A stretch of 59,985 nucleotides of DNA, the filler included, from Sphacelaria rigidula (Eukaryota): assembly GCA_964200075.2 (NCBI GenBank). It is 6 parts of 6 records of this genome, joined end to end, with 100 filler letters (N's around TTAATTAATTAA, not from the genome) between each part and the next. Parts side by side here need not be neighbours in the genome. Positions count along the whole stretch, not along the records: positions 30,044 to 39,957 come from CAXNAA020007496.1; positions 40,058 to 49,971 come from CAXNAA020007497.1; 4 more parts are not named here. One strand, given 5' to 3'. The notes under the pieces are model-generated. The model made no database searches. It saw only the letters and a list, made by a program, of their open reading frames with translations, and was not told the DNA's origin. Positions 37,179 to 50,071 of the stretch are shown here, in pieces. The position numbers and the translations under genes are program-made. Within the stretch, counting starts at the first letter, position 1, and the number at the start of each line of letters is the position of its first letter.

Positions 37179-38884
37179 GACCCTGTGGGTACGGTCTTGA
37201 CGAGTAGAGCACGTCATTTCAAGGTGTTGATATCCGCCTAGCCTTTTTTTCGGGCGTCAAACAACGCATGAGGGCAAAAAGGATAGTTGTCATAAGTTTT
37301 CTTTCCTCTCGACACATGAGAGAAGTAGTTCCATCGCTAAGAGTACCAATATATTATCATCTCTCATCACTTTTGTCAAGGAGGTGGGGGGAGGGGGTAC
37401 TAGTAATCTTGCATGCCGTAGTCCTATGACCATCGACCTCGCTCGCATCCCTCCAAAGTCGGGACGGAGCACGCCGAGTTTTCGCCGGACCAGGCTCGCA
37501 ATCAATCACCAAGCGCCAGGCGTCGTGATATGTTCGGCGAATCGCATGAAGGGTGAGCTGCATCCTGCTCATGTTTGTTCGGCCCGAAGCATACTGATTG
37601 GTCACCTTGCACGCGGATGGCAGCCTCCGATGAGTTGCTTCATTTTCTGGAATCGTCACTTCCAGAGACAGTCACGGGTTCCACATTGCCTCATGGGTGT
37701 CTCACCATACGAACACTGCGTAGCACGATCATCCCCTTTTGCACAGAGTTCGGGTTTTCCACCCCGCACAATATGGTCTAGCTCAGTTCGACCACAATCA
37801 TGGTCACCGCAAAAACAACGCACACAAGAAAAAAACGGTAACCTGGTTGCCTAGCTTGCGCAGTGAGTGGCGTGTTTTACAGCGTAGGTGCCAACCGACG
37901 CCGACCCTGAAAAGAGAAATTATTGTTATTTATCATGGGGAGGGGGAGAAGACTTGATCCCGACTCTGAAATCTTATGGTTGATCTTCATCTGCAAATAC
38001 GACCTTCACCCTAAATCGGGGCGGGGTGATATTCTGAAGATAACAGACGAGGCGCACTCCCAGGCGCCGATAACCGCCAACACCTCAACACAGGGGGGAA
38101 ATCTTTGACGTTGCTTATTTAGAAGAGCTTGGGTACATGACATCGCTGCAGGCGAGCACAGTGCGAGCCGTAACACAAATCATTCATCAAAAGTAAAATT
38201 CATCGCGGTATGCTTAGGTGTCTACACAGTAGTGTCAGACCTCCAGGTGACTGGTGGCAGAAAAAAGTGGGGTAGGTTGTGCCGCTAAGGCCGTGTCTTC
38301 CCGAGGCCAAACAAAAAAAAGCGGGAAAAAGAAACATGCGTCGACGCGTAATGGAAGCATGTTGATAGGTCGACGGGCGGGTCTACGGTTGCCACGACTC
38401 TTCAGCATGCTGCTTTTGGACGCTTGTTCCTTTTTCCGCTTATTTTTTTACAACAACAGTACCCTGCCTAACAAGGGCGTGTCTTCATCGCACGTTGTTT
38501 TTCGATTGAAAATGTGCGGTGGCAAAGCAAAAATCCGACATGATAGGTCGACATCTCAACTATCGCAATCATCAATGTTGACGATAGTTCAAATCACGAC
38601 CTACTCGTATCAGATCGGAATCCTTCTTTTCCAACGCACGTTTTCGATCGAAAAATTATGCGCCAAGGCAAACTCTGATGGGAGCGTTCAGAATTTTATT
38701 TTGAAATAATTTTAAACGACTTTTTTTTCTTGGTCTTTGCCGTGGTTGTGTATTTTGTGTTCGTTCACCATGATGAAAAAGAAGAAAAAAAAACTCTGAA
38801 ATTGTTGCAAAATAAAATTACAAACGCTTCCGTAAGAGTTGGCCTACGGCCAACTCTAATGAGAGCCGTTCAAAATTCCTGTCG

Positions 38885-39177
38885 AAAACTGCCTCATGGG
38901 CCTTTCTCCGTCGATATACGCTCGAAAAGAGGGCTAGGCGGATGTTGACGCCTTGGAATGACTTGCTGTACTCGTTGAGACCGTTCTAGGGCACCTTTGC
39001 ATTTCCCGCTGGCCGTACTTTCGTTTTTGGCCAAAAGAGGCCCGACACGGATTTTCAGCAAAAAACGGTCAGGTGATGAAAATTCCCCCCTGTGTTTTGA
39101 TCCCTTGACTGTTTTTCGTTGAAAATCCGTGTTTGGCCAAATATAAAAGTGCGGTCAGCGGGAAATGCGAAGTTGCC
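38885..39177 (+). repeat. Dispersed repeat with internal inverted repeat, copy 2
   Basis: ggcacctttgcatttcccgctggccgtacttt (~38990) pairs with aaagtgcggtcagcgggaaatgcgaagttgcc (~39146-39177). Confidence 0.72.
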
Positions 39178-39957
39178 TTAAACCGAGGATTATTCATGTC
39201 CAGAATTTCTTTGCTTTTCCCCAAAAATTGAAAAAAATCCGAACTGATAAAATCCTGGAAAAAACTCCGACGTTGGATTCTCGGAGAAACCTGTACGAGG
39301 AGTCACTCTTCTTGAGTTGATCTATTGTCTGACCTGATTGACAAAATCTGCTCCCACATTCTTCGGAGAATTTTTTTCCCCCGACACGATTTGGAGACGT
39401 CGGTGGGGGGGATTCTCGTTGATAAAACCCCAAAGCGTCGACTCACCGAAGTATTGCACAGAGATGACAAGAAAAAATACGCTGTGATCGGATGTGGAGT
39501 CTTGCTGAACCACTTGCGTTAGAAAAGTGCAGAGGGCCTTCAAGCGGTGAACACCACCCCTAAAGAACAAAGATTAACGTCTGCAAAAAAACCTTCAATA
39601 ACGTACAGCCTATTGCAACTCATCACTCGCCCATATATTAAAATTCCTCCACAAGTACGATACGTAGCCGATACGGTAAAACGTGAAGCGGAATCAAAAT
39701 GTAAAATACTTGCGGTTATTAGCTCGTAGAAGCTGCTCCTGGCAGAGCAGCAAAAAGAAAAGAAAAGGGGCAACTCTGTCTACAATTAAATCAGGCTGTG
39801 ACGCTGTACCCGTGTGAGTATACGAATAGATGTACCCGATTGGAGGATACGAGATCACTAATACGAGATAATGGGGGGGTGGGTAATCTTTCAGGGTTAG
39901 GACAAATAATGATTCGTCAGGAAATTACTTGGTTTTAGTATCATAAGTTGACTCGTC

Positions 39958-40057
39958 NNNNNNNNNNNNNNNNNNNNNNNNNNNNNNNNNNNNNNNNNNN
40001 NTTAATTAATTAANNNNNNNNNNNNNNNNNNNNNNNNNNNNNNNNNNNNNNNNNNNN
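39958..40057. other. Artificial contig spacer
   Basis: Same N44-TTAATTAATTAA-N44 structure. Confidence 0.97.
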
Positions 40058-40149
40058 TCTTTGAGAAACTAAGAAATTACGGATTCTGCATACTTCTGAC
40101 GCTGACTACTGTAGGCCGTTTCTTCCGGTTCGTATTTTGTTCGGCTCAT

Positions 40150-40232
40150 ATTTTCCACTTTTAGGACATTGGACAAGGTTTTTAATCCCCAAATAGGGAA
40201 AATCGCTACCACACATCTTGGACACTTTTGTA
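40150..40232 (+). repeat. Dispersed repeat shared with 59905-59985
   Basis: cactttt.g.ac.tt...atccccaaa.agggaaaa.cgc.a.cacac.tct.ggacacttt in both places. Confidence 0.7.
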
Positions 40233-41340
40233 CCACCCCACCGAGAGGAGCCTAGCCCACTTTTCCGATTCGCTTGAGTCAGATTTTGAGAGCGGCCTCT
40301 GGACGAAAATACGAGGCAAACATATACTTCCTCTGTGTCATAAGTCTGTGCAGTTATGGACGTTTGATTGTTGGGGTATTTCAACGCTAACGATCATCCT
40401 ACTATAGTTGGGTTCGTTAGGAAGATAACGCGCAGACGAAGCTGACTCAAAATAAAGAGTAAAAAAAAACTTTTTTCCAATATTAATGTCAGGTCAAAAT
40501 ATAATACTCCCTTTTGGCCCTTTTTGGTCCACGTATACCCCAATGTTGACCGATTTAAGACGTTTAAACGTCGAGCACTAGCGATTACATGCTGAAAAAT
40601 TGTCAGATCAGATAGAGCGTGCGTATGTTAACGTCATGGAAATATCCAAATCAGTGGCGGTTTTGCGGTTTTCACATTTTTTTCATGATTTTTCGCGATT
40701 TCCGGGTCTGCTGTGCCTTACCGGGAAAAAAAGCGAAAAAAGCCCAAATTTTGACCGGCTCACTATTTCTCGGTCGCGAGTCTGCATGGGTCAAGCACCC
40801 ATGTTGAAGAAAGAGTATTGTTTTTGGCTAAAAAAACGCTAACAAATGCATCCAAAAAATCGAAAATCAAATCGGACATCGTTAAGGGCTCATATAAACA
40901 TAACTGCACAGACTTACGAGCTGGGCCAGCCTAAAAGCGGATTTAGGCTCTCAAAGCGATATCTCAGCGACATAGACGAGTTGGGCCGTGATCCGCATAT
41001 CGTTTTATTATAACTGTCTAATCAAGGGGAAGGTGCCCCCCTGCTCAAAAATCTGGGCCAATTTTTTCTCGTTAATTAAACTCCATGTCTAGTAATTCCT
41101 ATACCTAGCGGAGATAGCGTCCACACTAAAATCTGTATGAAACCACGAACGATAGATGAAGCGGATGGTGACGACTTTTTGTGTGGACCTTCCCTGAGGC
41201 ACGGAGAGACGATAGATACCCTCACCTTTACCTAGTTCGTCTTCTATCTCGAGATATGGCGCACATAAATTTACATACTTAAACCAGTATATTTCGAGCA
41301 GAGGCACTAAATGACCTCAATCTGGATGTCGCGTCTCAGT

Positions 41341-43102
41341 TTTTGAGAGCTGTGCTATAAAACTTGGTGAGGAGAACCGCTAGTGCATGATGAAATAAAA
41401 ACACAGCTTTTCCGTTTTTTTCGTTTTTTTTCGTTTTTGTTTCGTTTTTTTCGTGTTTTTAGGGGAGTTTCGAGGAGAAATGAACATTGCTCTTGGGCCT
41501 TATCTCATTTTTTCAGCTCAAGTTTCAGAGTTGTGATTCGAAACTTGGCATGAAGCACGACAGAGGTATGCCGAGTAAAAACAAAAGGGGTCTTAATTTT
41601 TTTTTTTTCATTACAGCTTCGGGCGTTCTCGACAAAAATGGCCGTTGCCATTCTAAAACGCCCTCAATCAGTGAGAAAAGAAAAAATTACCCATTTTTCT
41701 TGGTTCATCATGACCTATTGAGGTCCCGCACAAACTTTCAACCCTCAAACACCAAACGTGGGCTGATAAACGGCCTGCAAAATACTGTTCCGAATTTCCG
41801 CCGTCCCGGTTTTTCGAAGGTAAATTCGCATTTTTTTTTCTTGGAGTTGGACAGTGAAATATGGTATGGACAGTCAACAGAGCATGAAGAAAGGCTGTCT
41901 ATGAGGTCCCTATTTTTTTTCCTTCATGAGTCAAGGGCAAAAATCAGTTTCGAGGAGTTGGTGGAATGCATTTACCTCATGGAAAAAAAAGAAAAAGCTT
42001 CGTGACCTCACAGACAGCCTTTCTTCATGCCCTGTTATTTTTTTATTGTCCATACCAAATATCACTTTCCAACTCCAAAAAAAAAATTGCGAATTTGCCT
42101 GCAAAGTACAAATCCGCTTGTGGGCTGGCCCAGTCTGTATAGCAATTCTTTCCGAGAAGGCCCAATCCGCCAAGGCCCGTATTCCGCCAATAATCCGCGA
42201 TAATAGGTTTGAAAGGGCAGTTCTCAGAGATACGTTTTTTCAGTCTGTAAGATGCGGCTTGCTTCAACTTGAACTACAACAGTCAGCACGCAAGCAGAAC
42301 GGAGGGGTTTGGCAGCTAGGATCAGGAGCTGACCTGCGCCCGAAACACATGCATGGAGCCGATGTCTGTCGCACAGAGGGCTAGCATCACACCCGCGGTG
42401 AGTGGTGCGATGTAGGATTCAGGTGTTCCTCACACTTAATCCCTCACCTCTGACAGTGCTCGGTCCTCAAGGCAAGTCGATCCTCCTGACTATAGCTCCC
42501 AGCGCAGTTCAGTTCGTCCGAGGTCATTATTGTTCCCCCTACATCCCCTCGAAGCCCTCTCGCACCATGCTCGGTAGTGTTTGCGATTACAGACCCATCC
42601 CATGCACTTAACAAGAAGAGTCCCGCTTCTAGTGTAGTGCACTGCTTGGTGAGCGATTCGCCCTCTATTGCCGCGGTTGCACGGCGTCTGCTCTTCAAGG
42701 GCCTTCGTCACATTCGCTCAAAATGTTGAACCCGTGGTCACAGAGGGTCACTAATTTATTCATGTTTACTTTCTCCATTTTCTAATGGCGCTTCAGCATG
42801 GTAACGGCCATTTTTAACGAGAACGCCCTAATTTCTCTAAAAAAAAAAGCGCACGAGTATTTTTTGGTCGCACCTCTGTGGTTACCCATGCCAAGTTTTT
42901 AAATCACAATTATCAATATGGAGCTATGAAATTGGGATAAGGCCCACGCGCAATGTTCATTTCTCCTCAAACCTGCTCTAAAAAAACAAAAAAAAACAAA
43001 AAAAACGAAGAAACGAAGAAACGAAGGAAAGCCTGTTTTTGTTCGATTTTATTATGCAGCAGCGGTTCTCCATACGAGATTCTATAACACAACTCTCAAA
43101 AA
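41341..43102. mobile_element. Foldback-like structure with ~340-bp diverged inverted arms (41341-41680 and ~42765-43102)
   Basis: Shared blocks ggagaaccgc, gaggagaaatgaacattgc, tgggccttatc, aaacttggcatg, gggcgttctcg..aaaaatggccgtt in opposite orientation. Confidence 0.75.
41822..42096. repeat. Inner inverted repeat, ~110-bp arms, short loop
   Basis: aaattcgca...ttggagttgg...ggtatggaca...gcatgaagaaaggctgtct and its reverse complement. Confidence 0.85.
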
Positions 43103-43118
43103 CACTCATCGGCAAAAC

Positions 43119-43390
43119 TTCACGCCGTTTCAGGAGTTAGACCCTGAAAATTTGCACAGGTGTTCTGTGGGTCATTACGCAACTTTTATATGGACGAGTT
43201 TCTTTTTTTTACTTTCAGAATTTTTCACCGTTTTCCCGGGGTCCCAGTTTCTTCGGGAAAACTTTGATCCAGTGGGACCCCCGTAAAACGATAGAAAAAT
43301 TAAGAAAAAACTCGTCCGTACAAAGTTGCGTAATAACCCATAGCACACCTGTGCAAAATTTCAGGGTCTAACTCCTTCAAACGGCGTGAA
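43119..43390. repeat. Inverted repeat / hairpin MITE, ~125-bp arms
   Basis: ttcacgccgttt..ggagttagaccctgaaa.tttgcacaggtgt vs acacctgtgcaaaatttcagggtctaactccttcaaacggcgtgaa. Confidence 0.85.
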
Positions 43391-44699
43391 TTTGTTCGCG
43401 TTTGTGCGATGAACCTTGCCGTGCCACGGTGAAACGGCAAACTATCAGATTTTCGTATGAAAATGGCGTTTTTTGGCTTTTTCGACGTGAACATGAATAT
43501 TCAAGTACCAGTTAATCGAGTTTGGTAACGAAACTTTATGAGGTTCTTCCTTGGGTTTTGCGGCGGTAGAGAGGTCGCGAAAAAATGATTCAAAGACTGT
43601 TATGCCGGTTTTCCGGGGTCCCAGAGTTATGTTCAGTTACACTGAGGTGATAACCCTGCTACCAGCATGCTATGAAAAGGTGCACGAGATTAGCTGAACC
43701 GAGTCAAGTTGTTGACACTCCGCGCCGGAACATACCGTCATTGGCAACCCGTTCAGAGTGTCCTGCGTGTCCTCCCCGACGCAATCGCGTTCAGCGCCGG
43801 CTCCCTCATCGGTATGCGACACACCCAGGACAAGAGTGTAGGTAAAACAAGGGCGGAAGTAATAGAGGGCACGGTTGGTATACGCTGGGAGTCTCAGGGT
43901 ACATGCAGATTAAATGATTCGGAGCAGAAGCCTGCTCAAGAATGATGAGTACAGGCAGCGCAACAGACAGGAGCATCCCCATAGCGTACACGCACGATCA
44001 AAAGAAAAACACCGAGGGCGTAAAACACAATACAAAGTTAACAGAACATAAAAGGGAAAATAGTGCAGCTCTGAAGAGCAAGACGACAGCGGCGCAAAAA
44101 TATAAAGCACTCAAAATACAATCGGGTGGCTCAAAAGACAGTTACGGTAGACACGACACCCGGAGATGCAGAAAGTATGAGTATGTAAGATACAAGAAAA
44201 ATGAACAAGACCGAAAGAAATTGGAAGCTTTACCGCACGTGCATTCCACAAGCCCCCATTGCCACAAACAAAATGCAAACCCGGAAACAAAATACATTCT
44301 CATCATGGCGGGTTGATTGTCCCACTTCAATATGCAACAGAAAGACCGGAATATTTGGAGAATGCCTGGAACACGATCATTGCTGGTTAGGTACAGCGGT
44401 GACGTTATGGGTGAACGGTGTAGATCAGGCGAAGGTGATACAATGCAAGCGATAATGGCAAAAACTGTCCGTTCAAACCAGAGTAAGGTACAAAATGATG
44501 GGAGCATGAGAGCGGAAAATACGCGTGCATATGACAACATGCGATGTCATAGCAAGCAAGAAACGTACAGCCAACAGTAGGCGGTAGAGGTGAACAAAAA
44601 ACACAACAAGCGGGATAAAACAGCCAACTGTTGGAAATATTTGGTGGCTCGTGGCGTTTGGTACTGTTCTCAAAACAGACCGACTACCGTCGCAGAGAC

Positions 44700-45650
44700 A
44701 GTAGTTTAACAGAGGTTGCGCAGTCGTAGTCAAACCACTTACTTCCGCAGCAGATAGAAGATCCAAAGGCGAGAATGATGTTTGGGGCTCTTCACTTCGG
44801 CCGGACAAAATCAAGGCAGCCTCTTTTGTAAGCAGAGTGCTCAGCAAATGACGAAGAGCTTGGTAAGCTTGGTAAGGTTGGGAGAGCTTGGGAGAGTGAT
44901 TGCAAGGGCGATAGACCACTGAATACAACCATGCTCAATCCTGGAAAAAGAATCCAACACTCCACACGTACGTAAGGTCTCATCGTATTCAATTCAACAT
45001 CGCTATTGCTGACGCGGTAGCCTTGCTAGCTTAGATTAACTGCAAAGTTGCACACAAGATATCCTGTAGCATACGTGGCCTAAATACTCTGCTAGATTAT
45101 CTTTCATTGACAAATCATGGCAACACGCCTGCCGTAGCAGTATCCTACCTGAAACGTCATTTACACAGAACAGTGGATCCTAGAGAATGGGGTTGAAGTG
45201 GCATTTCTCCTTTGCAGGGAAGACGCGAAACACTAGCGACCGAGCGAAGCCATCTTCCCCCTCAAATATTCGCATCAGTTGAGCAGCTGTGGCTAGGTGC
45301 ACCTAACGAATACGGTGGACACGCGTGTCGATGACGATATCACCAGAGAGAGAGAAGCAACGACCGAGAGGAAGCTCTTCGTCCATGTCCTTGGTGTGCC
45401 CTCGCTGGGCGATTACCAAACCCTCGAGAGACTGGCATCATCGATCTTACCAGCATGTGCCCAATTTTTCATGTCCCGACACACCAAGCTGCGGAGAGAT
45501 TCCGTCGTCTCTTCTTGCCTGTCGCCAACGCGAAGATCGATTTGACTCCGCCTCTCCTTTTGGACAGGACGCGCCTCTGCGCGTTGAAAAGCATGTCGTG
45601 GAAAAAATAGGGCAATGTTCCCGTCACCGCTATTACTGTTCTCTGCCACA
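44700..45650 (+). pseudogene. Possible highly decayed Ty1/Copia RT-RNase H remnant
   Basis: Scattered, correctly ordered weak motifs: LRPDKIKAASFVSR, LLDYLSLT, NGVEVAFL..SEA; many stops and frameshifts. Confidence 0.3.
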
Positions 45651-46759
45651 GACATGCCAGGAAGGGCGGTGCCGCGGCAATAACAGATAGATCCAATTTA
45701 AACTTAGGGGGCGTTATTCATCATTGAGTTTACCCACATCTGACCCTCTGGGTGCTCGACGAGAACAGCCTGGCACACGCCAGTTGAGGGGGGTGTATGA
45801 GAGCTCAAACAATTGTAGAGACCTTTTTGACATGTGGAGTGAAACAATACCTATGGTGGTGACCTAACTGTTGCTAGCGTGGCGCATAGGCAATGTGAAG
45901 CACACGGTGGTCACGTGAACAGCTCGGTACAGTACGAGTAGTAGCTTCCCATAAGTAATAATTATTCCGATGTAAGGAGGATGTGGTCACGGTAAACCAA
46001 CTGCATCGAAGTCGCAACACCTGTGGAAGCTAGAGAGTTTGATTTTTCTTATCTGCATCCACACAATGAAGACGGTTCCGAAAACCTGAGGGAAGGTGGC
46101 CCCTTCGGGTCCAGTCAAACATCCGAAGACACGATCGAACAGCAGTGCAAAACGTTTCCGAGATTGGCATCGGTGATATAAATATAATGGTGTCTACAGC
46201 GGGCTTGAAGCTTTTCGTAGCGCTTCAAAACAGGTGTTTGTTGGGAGAGCCCCACTTGTGTGCAGATGTGTTTTACTATGTATTTACATATATCAACTAT
46301 ATGCCACCGTAATACCCAATATTGGGTAAGTACTCTCAGTAGTACTTGAGTATAGAGTCGTATGACGTCATATATATACTCGCATCCTCTTCGATATCAG
46401 TTTCAGTATACAACGCCACTCATCATAACTTGGTAATCGAGTAGATAGGTAAGCGGGTAGGTATTGTAAAAAGGAGCGACTCTACGGGTCGCACATCTGA
46501 CTTCTTTATGAGAGACCCAGCGTTGGAAACGGTGGAAGGTGTGGGAACATCGCAATACTCGCGAGGGGAAAAAACACAAAAAGGCGCGACGGGGTCAGGA
46601 GTGATAGACCTGACTCCGAAACAGGCCCCGGTGTTCCGTGTTGTGCAGGCGGTTCGGGTATCTTGGATACGAACTTGAATACTCAAGTTATACCCAAGGT
46701 TTTGGTATGTTGGGTCCGGCCTCAGATACTCTACCCAAATTTTGTGTAGATTCGGGTAG

Positions 46760-47008
46760 GACACTTTCTACGATAGCCCCCCCCCCAAAAAGTGCATGGT
46801 TTGGTGAAGGAAAATCTTCACGTAAATCGAAATGAGAAACGCCGAGCACAACGAGAAGCTGGGAATTCCCACGTTTGTGTTCGTTCTAGCCAATGTCGCC
46901 AATATGAGACGCTTCACGCAGCCTGAACCCGAACATCAGGCGTTGTATGTCCATTTTTTTCGTGATACTTTTCGCTGGTTTTGGGGGGGGGCTATCGTAG
47001 AAAGTGTC
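46760..47008 (+). mobile_element. MITE with ~30-bp TIRs
   Basis: gacactttctacgatagc(c)n aaaa / tttt(g)n ctatcgtagaaagtgtc; GTAG flanks both ends (or TA if the termini extend 1 bp). Confidence 0.85.
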
Positions 47009-47732
47009 GTAGATTGATTGCGACCTCAAGATTACGACCTCAAGTACTCCACCCAATACCGGGTAAGCACTCTCACCAATACCTGGATATAGAGTATCGC
47101 TTGGGTACGACCTGTGACGAAAATACGCCGTTACGTTGAGCTAGTAGTGATATGGATAATGACAGGGGGCACGGAGATTCTGGAGGGTTCTGGATAATGA
47201 CCGGGGGCAAGAAGATGGCACCTGCGGGTCTAGAAAGCTGGTGCCTTGGAAGGTTACTCCATCATCATGATAATATGTTGTGAAGGCTGACAACTGAAAC
47301 TGAGGCTAGAAAGAGTGGGGAATCCCTCAACAGCAGTGATCCACCTGTCCTTCTTCTGGCTGGCGTCACAATATCGATATTGGTGCTAGTGTTAGTGCTA
47401 GAAACCTGCTGGAAAGGAATTAGGCGGAGGAGTTTGAAGGGTGGGGACAACCTGAAGCATTACGGACGCGTGAAGGGGGTTCAAGCCGATGCTAGCTGCA
47501 GAAAGGCGGCTGGCCTGTGATTTATCCAGACCGGAGACTTGCTGATGCTGCACGCAACGGGAGTTTCGAGACTCCCACGACCGTGTGCTGCGGCGACGAA
47601 GCAACGAAGAGTGCAATTCGCGAAAGTCTACTCGCCTGCGCAAGTTTCACAGATAGTCGGATACAGCTTTGGCGACACCCGTGGTCATGCGGGAAGAGTT
47701 GCGACCTTCCCAATACGGGGATAGGTACTCAG

Positions 47733-47984
47733 GAGTGATGCTACGGTAGGGTTGCACTTTTTGAGCGAAAATGTTTCTCGGGGTGTTGCTAGCATCATTT
47801 TGAGAGTCGGCATCATTTTCACTTGAAGAAGACTTAAAGGATGCCGATTCACGAAAAAAAACCTGTGTGCATCTCCATGTCCTGTCCCCGGAGATTTGAG
47901 TTGCACAATAAGCCCCATATGTTTGGGTTCCTACAAAAACGAGACGCAGAAACAAAACGTGCAACCCCTATCGTAGCATTGGTC
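47733..47984 (+). mobile_element. Sola2-like MITE, subfamily A
   Basis: Same TIRs and interior as 15068-15320; TSD TCAG on both sides. Confidence 0.85.
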
Positions 47985-48389
47985 TCAGAGAGTGCATCTC
48001 GCACTTTTATTACGAAGTACTTTGAGTACAAGAAGCGTGTGAAGCATGCTAACGCAGGGGGCGCTGTGCGGCATCAGGTGGTGCCAATGACTCAAAAAGT
48101 GCCAACTCATGTGCAGAGAGTGTTTGCTCGTTTGGAGCATAAGAATATCACAATCACACCACCGCAATTGGTTGCGGCGATCAAAAAGCATGCTGGGCAT
48201 GCGGCAGGCACTTGCCACTATTGTGGCCAGGTCGGACGCTACGCGCGCGATTGCTCAACGTCTTCCGGTGGAGAGTCTAGGTAGTCTCATGCCGCCCGCC
48301 ATCAGCATCGTCAGCGCAAGGGCGAAAAACGAGATAATCGTGGTGGCGGCGGCGGATCCTTCTGTGGCGGAGGGTCGCAGTCGAGTCCT

Positions 48390-48390
<1 letters not shown>

Positions 48391-48421
<31 letters not shown>

Positions 48422-48436
48422 GTAGCTGCAGCAGCA
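48391..48436. repeat. (CAG)n microsatellite
   Basis: About 10 perfect agc units plus a degenerate tail. Confidence 0.9.
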
Positions 48437-49168
48437 GGGGCAGCGGCGTCAGCATGGGTCTGGTTCTGGGTCCGGCACCGCTGTAGGTGCTGCTTCTCCA
48501 TAACTGGCGGTGCAGATGGGATCGACTTCTACAGTGTCAAACGCTGCGCCGGCGCCGGTGATGGCGCCGGCGGCGACACCGGCAGCAGCGCCAGGCGCGA
48601 CGCCTGTCGATGCGCTGGTCGGAGGTTCGACAAATTCTTGGTCTGCTGGGTGGGGGTCATACCCGCCGGCGGTGCCGTTTGAACATGCCGGGGCGTCTTC
48701 GTCTGCGCAGCTTGCGCGGCCGTGGCGTCAAGCGAAATTAGCGGCGCATCGGTCGGTGGACGAAGGGCCGGTGGAGTTTGCGGACTTATAAATTCTTGCG
48801 GAGTTGTGTCTTTCGAATCAACGGCAGCGTGGAGCCATGGTGGTCCTGTCTGTGTTGGATTCTGGCACCCATTTCACTTGTCTGCCGGCGCAGATGCTGG
48901 AGATGCTGGAGCGTCTTCTCCCGGATGTGCAGCTGCGCATCCCGTTTTCGCTCGGGGCACGGCAGGCAATCACCGCGTCGGGTCAGCATGTTGCCGTCAC
49001 GGAGCGTACTGTTCCGTTGCAGCTAGCTTTCAAGACTGCTTGGGGGCTGGCACCGTTGCCTCCTCTCTCGTTTGCATTCATGCCGGGGTCGGATGGCGTT
49101 GTTGTTCTGAGATTGCCGACGCTTCAGGATCTAGGAGTCGACCCATATGGCGTGTTGAAGGACTGCAT

Positions 49169-49399
49169 GAGCAGTGCTACGATGGGGGTTGCACGTTGTA
49201 TTTCTGGGCCTTGTTTTTGTATATGAGGCTTACTGTGCTACCCAAATCTCCGGGGACAGGACATGGAAATGCACACAGAGGCCTTTTCGGGAATCGGCAT
49301 CATTTTCAGTCATTTTCAAGTGAAAATGATGCCGATTTTCAAAATGATTCCTGCAACACCCCGAGAAACACTTTCGCTCAAAACGTGCAACCCTCCCGT
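49169..49399 (-). mobile_element. Sola2-like MITE, subfamily A, inverted, one end truncated
   Basis: Starts gagcagtgctacgatgggggttgcac; interior is the reverse complement of 15068-15320. Confidence 0.8.
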
Positions 49400-49427
49400 C
49401 ACACGTGGCCACTGGGGGGGGGCTCCA

Positions 49428-49619
49428 GGACCTTGCAGGCACCTTGCGCAACCTGGCCCTGCAAGGTGGGTTATCCACCTTTGGCAAGGTGGAGGTTGCG
49501 CAAGGTACGTTGCACAAGGTCCTGCAAGGTACATTGCACAAGGTCCTGTATGGTACCTTGCACAAGGTTCTGTAAGGTAGCTTACACCAGGTTGCGCGAG
49601 GTACCTTACACCAAGGTCC
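49428..49619. repeat. Degenerate 24-bp minisatellite
   Basis: ttgcacaaggtcctgcaaggtaca-like units in tandem. Confidence 0.8.
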
Positions 49620-49971
49620 AGCATTTGGACAGGTGTCGACGTCTCCAACACGTTGGAGTCAGAAATATGAAGCTTTCCTTGCAGTTGATCATGTCGTGTA
49701 TGCTTCCTCTCTTTGCATCACATTATTCTGCCGCTTCAAGAACATGACACGAACAATATATACCTCCCTCCCCCCGAAAAAATAAAAAAGGGACATACGC
49801 CGGCCTCAGGACGCTCCTGTGCTGGTGAGCAAGGTTCTGTACTCGGTCATGAGTATAACCACCAACAAGTCGCGAACCGTTTTCAAGATCATCCCGTAGA
49901 TCCATTCAAGCTGTTGACAGGATACGTGTTCTATTTATGCAGGCGTCTATCGTGGTCATCCACGACGTCAG

Positions 49972-50071
49972 NNNNNNNNNNNNNNNNNNNNNNNNNNNNN
50001 NNNNNNNNNNNNNNNTTAATTAATTAANNNNNNNNNNNNNNNNNNNNNNNNNNNNNNNNNNNNNNNNNNNN
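49972..50071. other. Artificial contig spacer
   Basis: Same N44-TTAATTAATTAA-N44 structure. Confidence 0.97.

Larger units (their letters stand above)
47500..49168 (+). pseudogene. gag: Decayed retrotransposon gag-protease region
   Basis: Zinc knuckle CHYCGQVGRYARDC (~48212-48253); aspartic protease VLDSGTHFTCL...VVVLRLPTLQDLGVD (48804-49145); interrupted by MITEs. Confidence 0.75.

Noticed and set aside
48722..49747. 341-aa ORF as a gene
   Set aside because: Runs off-frame through protease, a MITE and a minisatellite; chance read-through.
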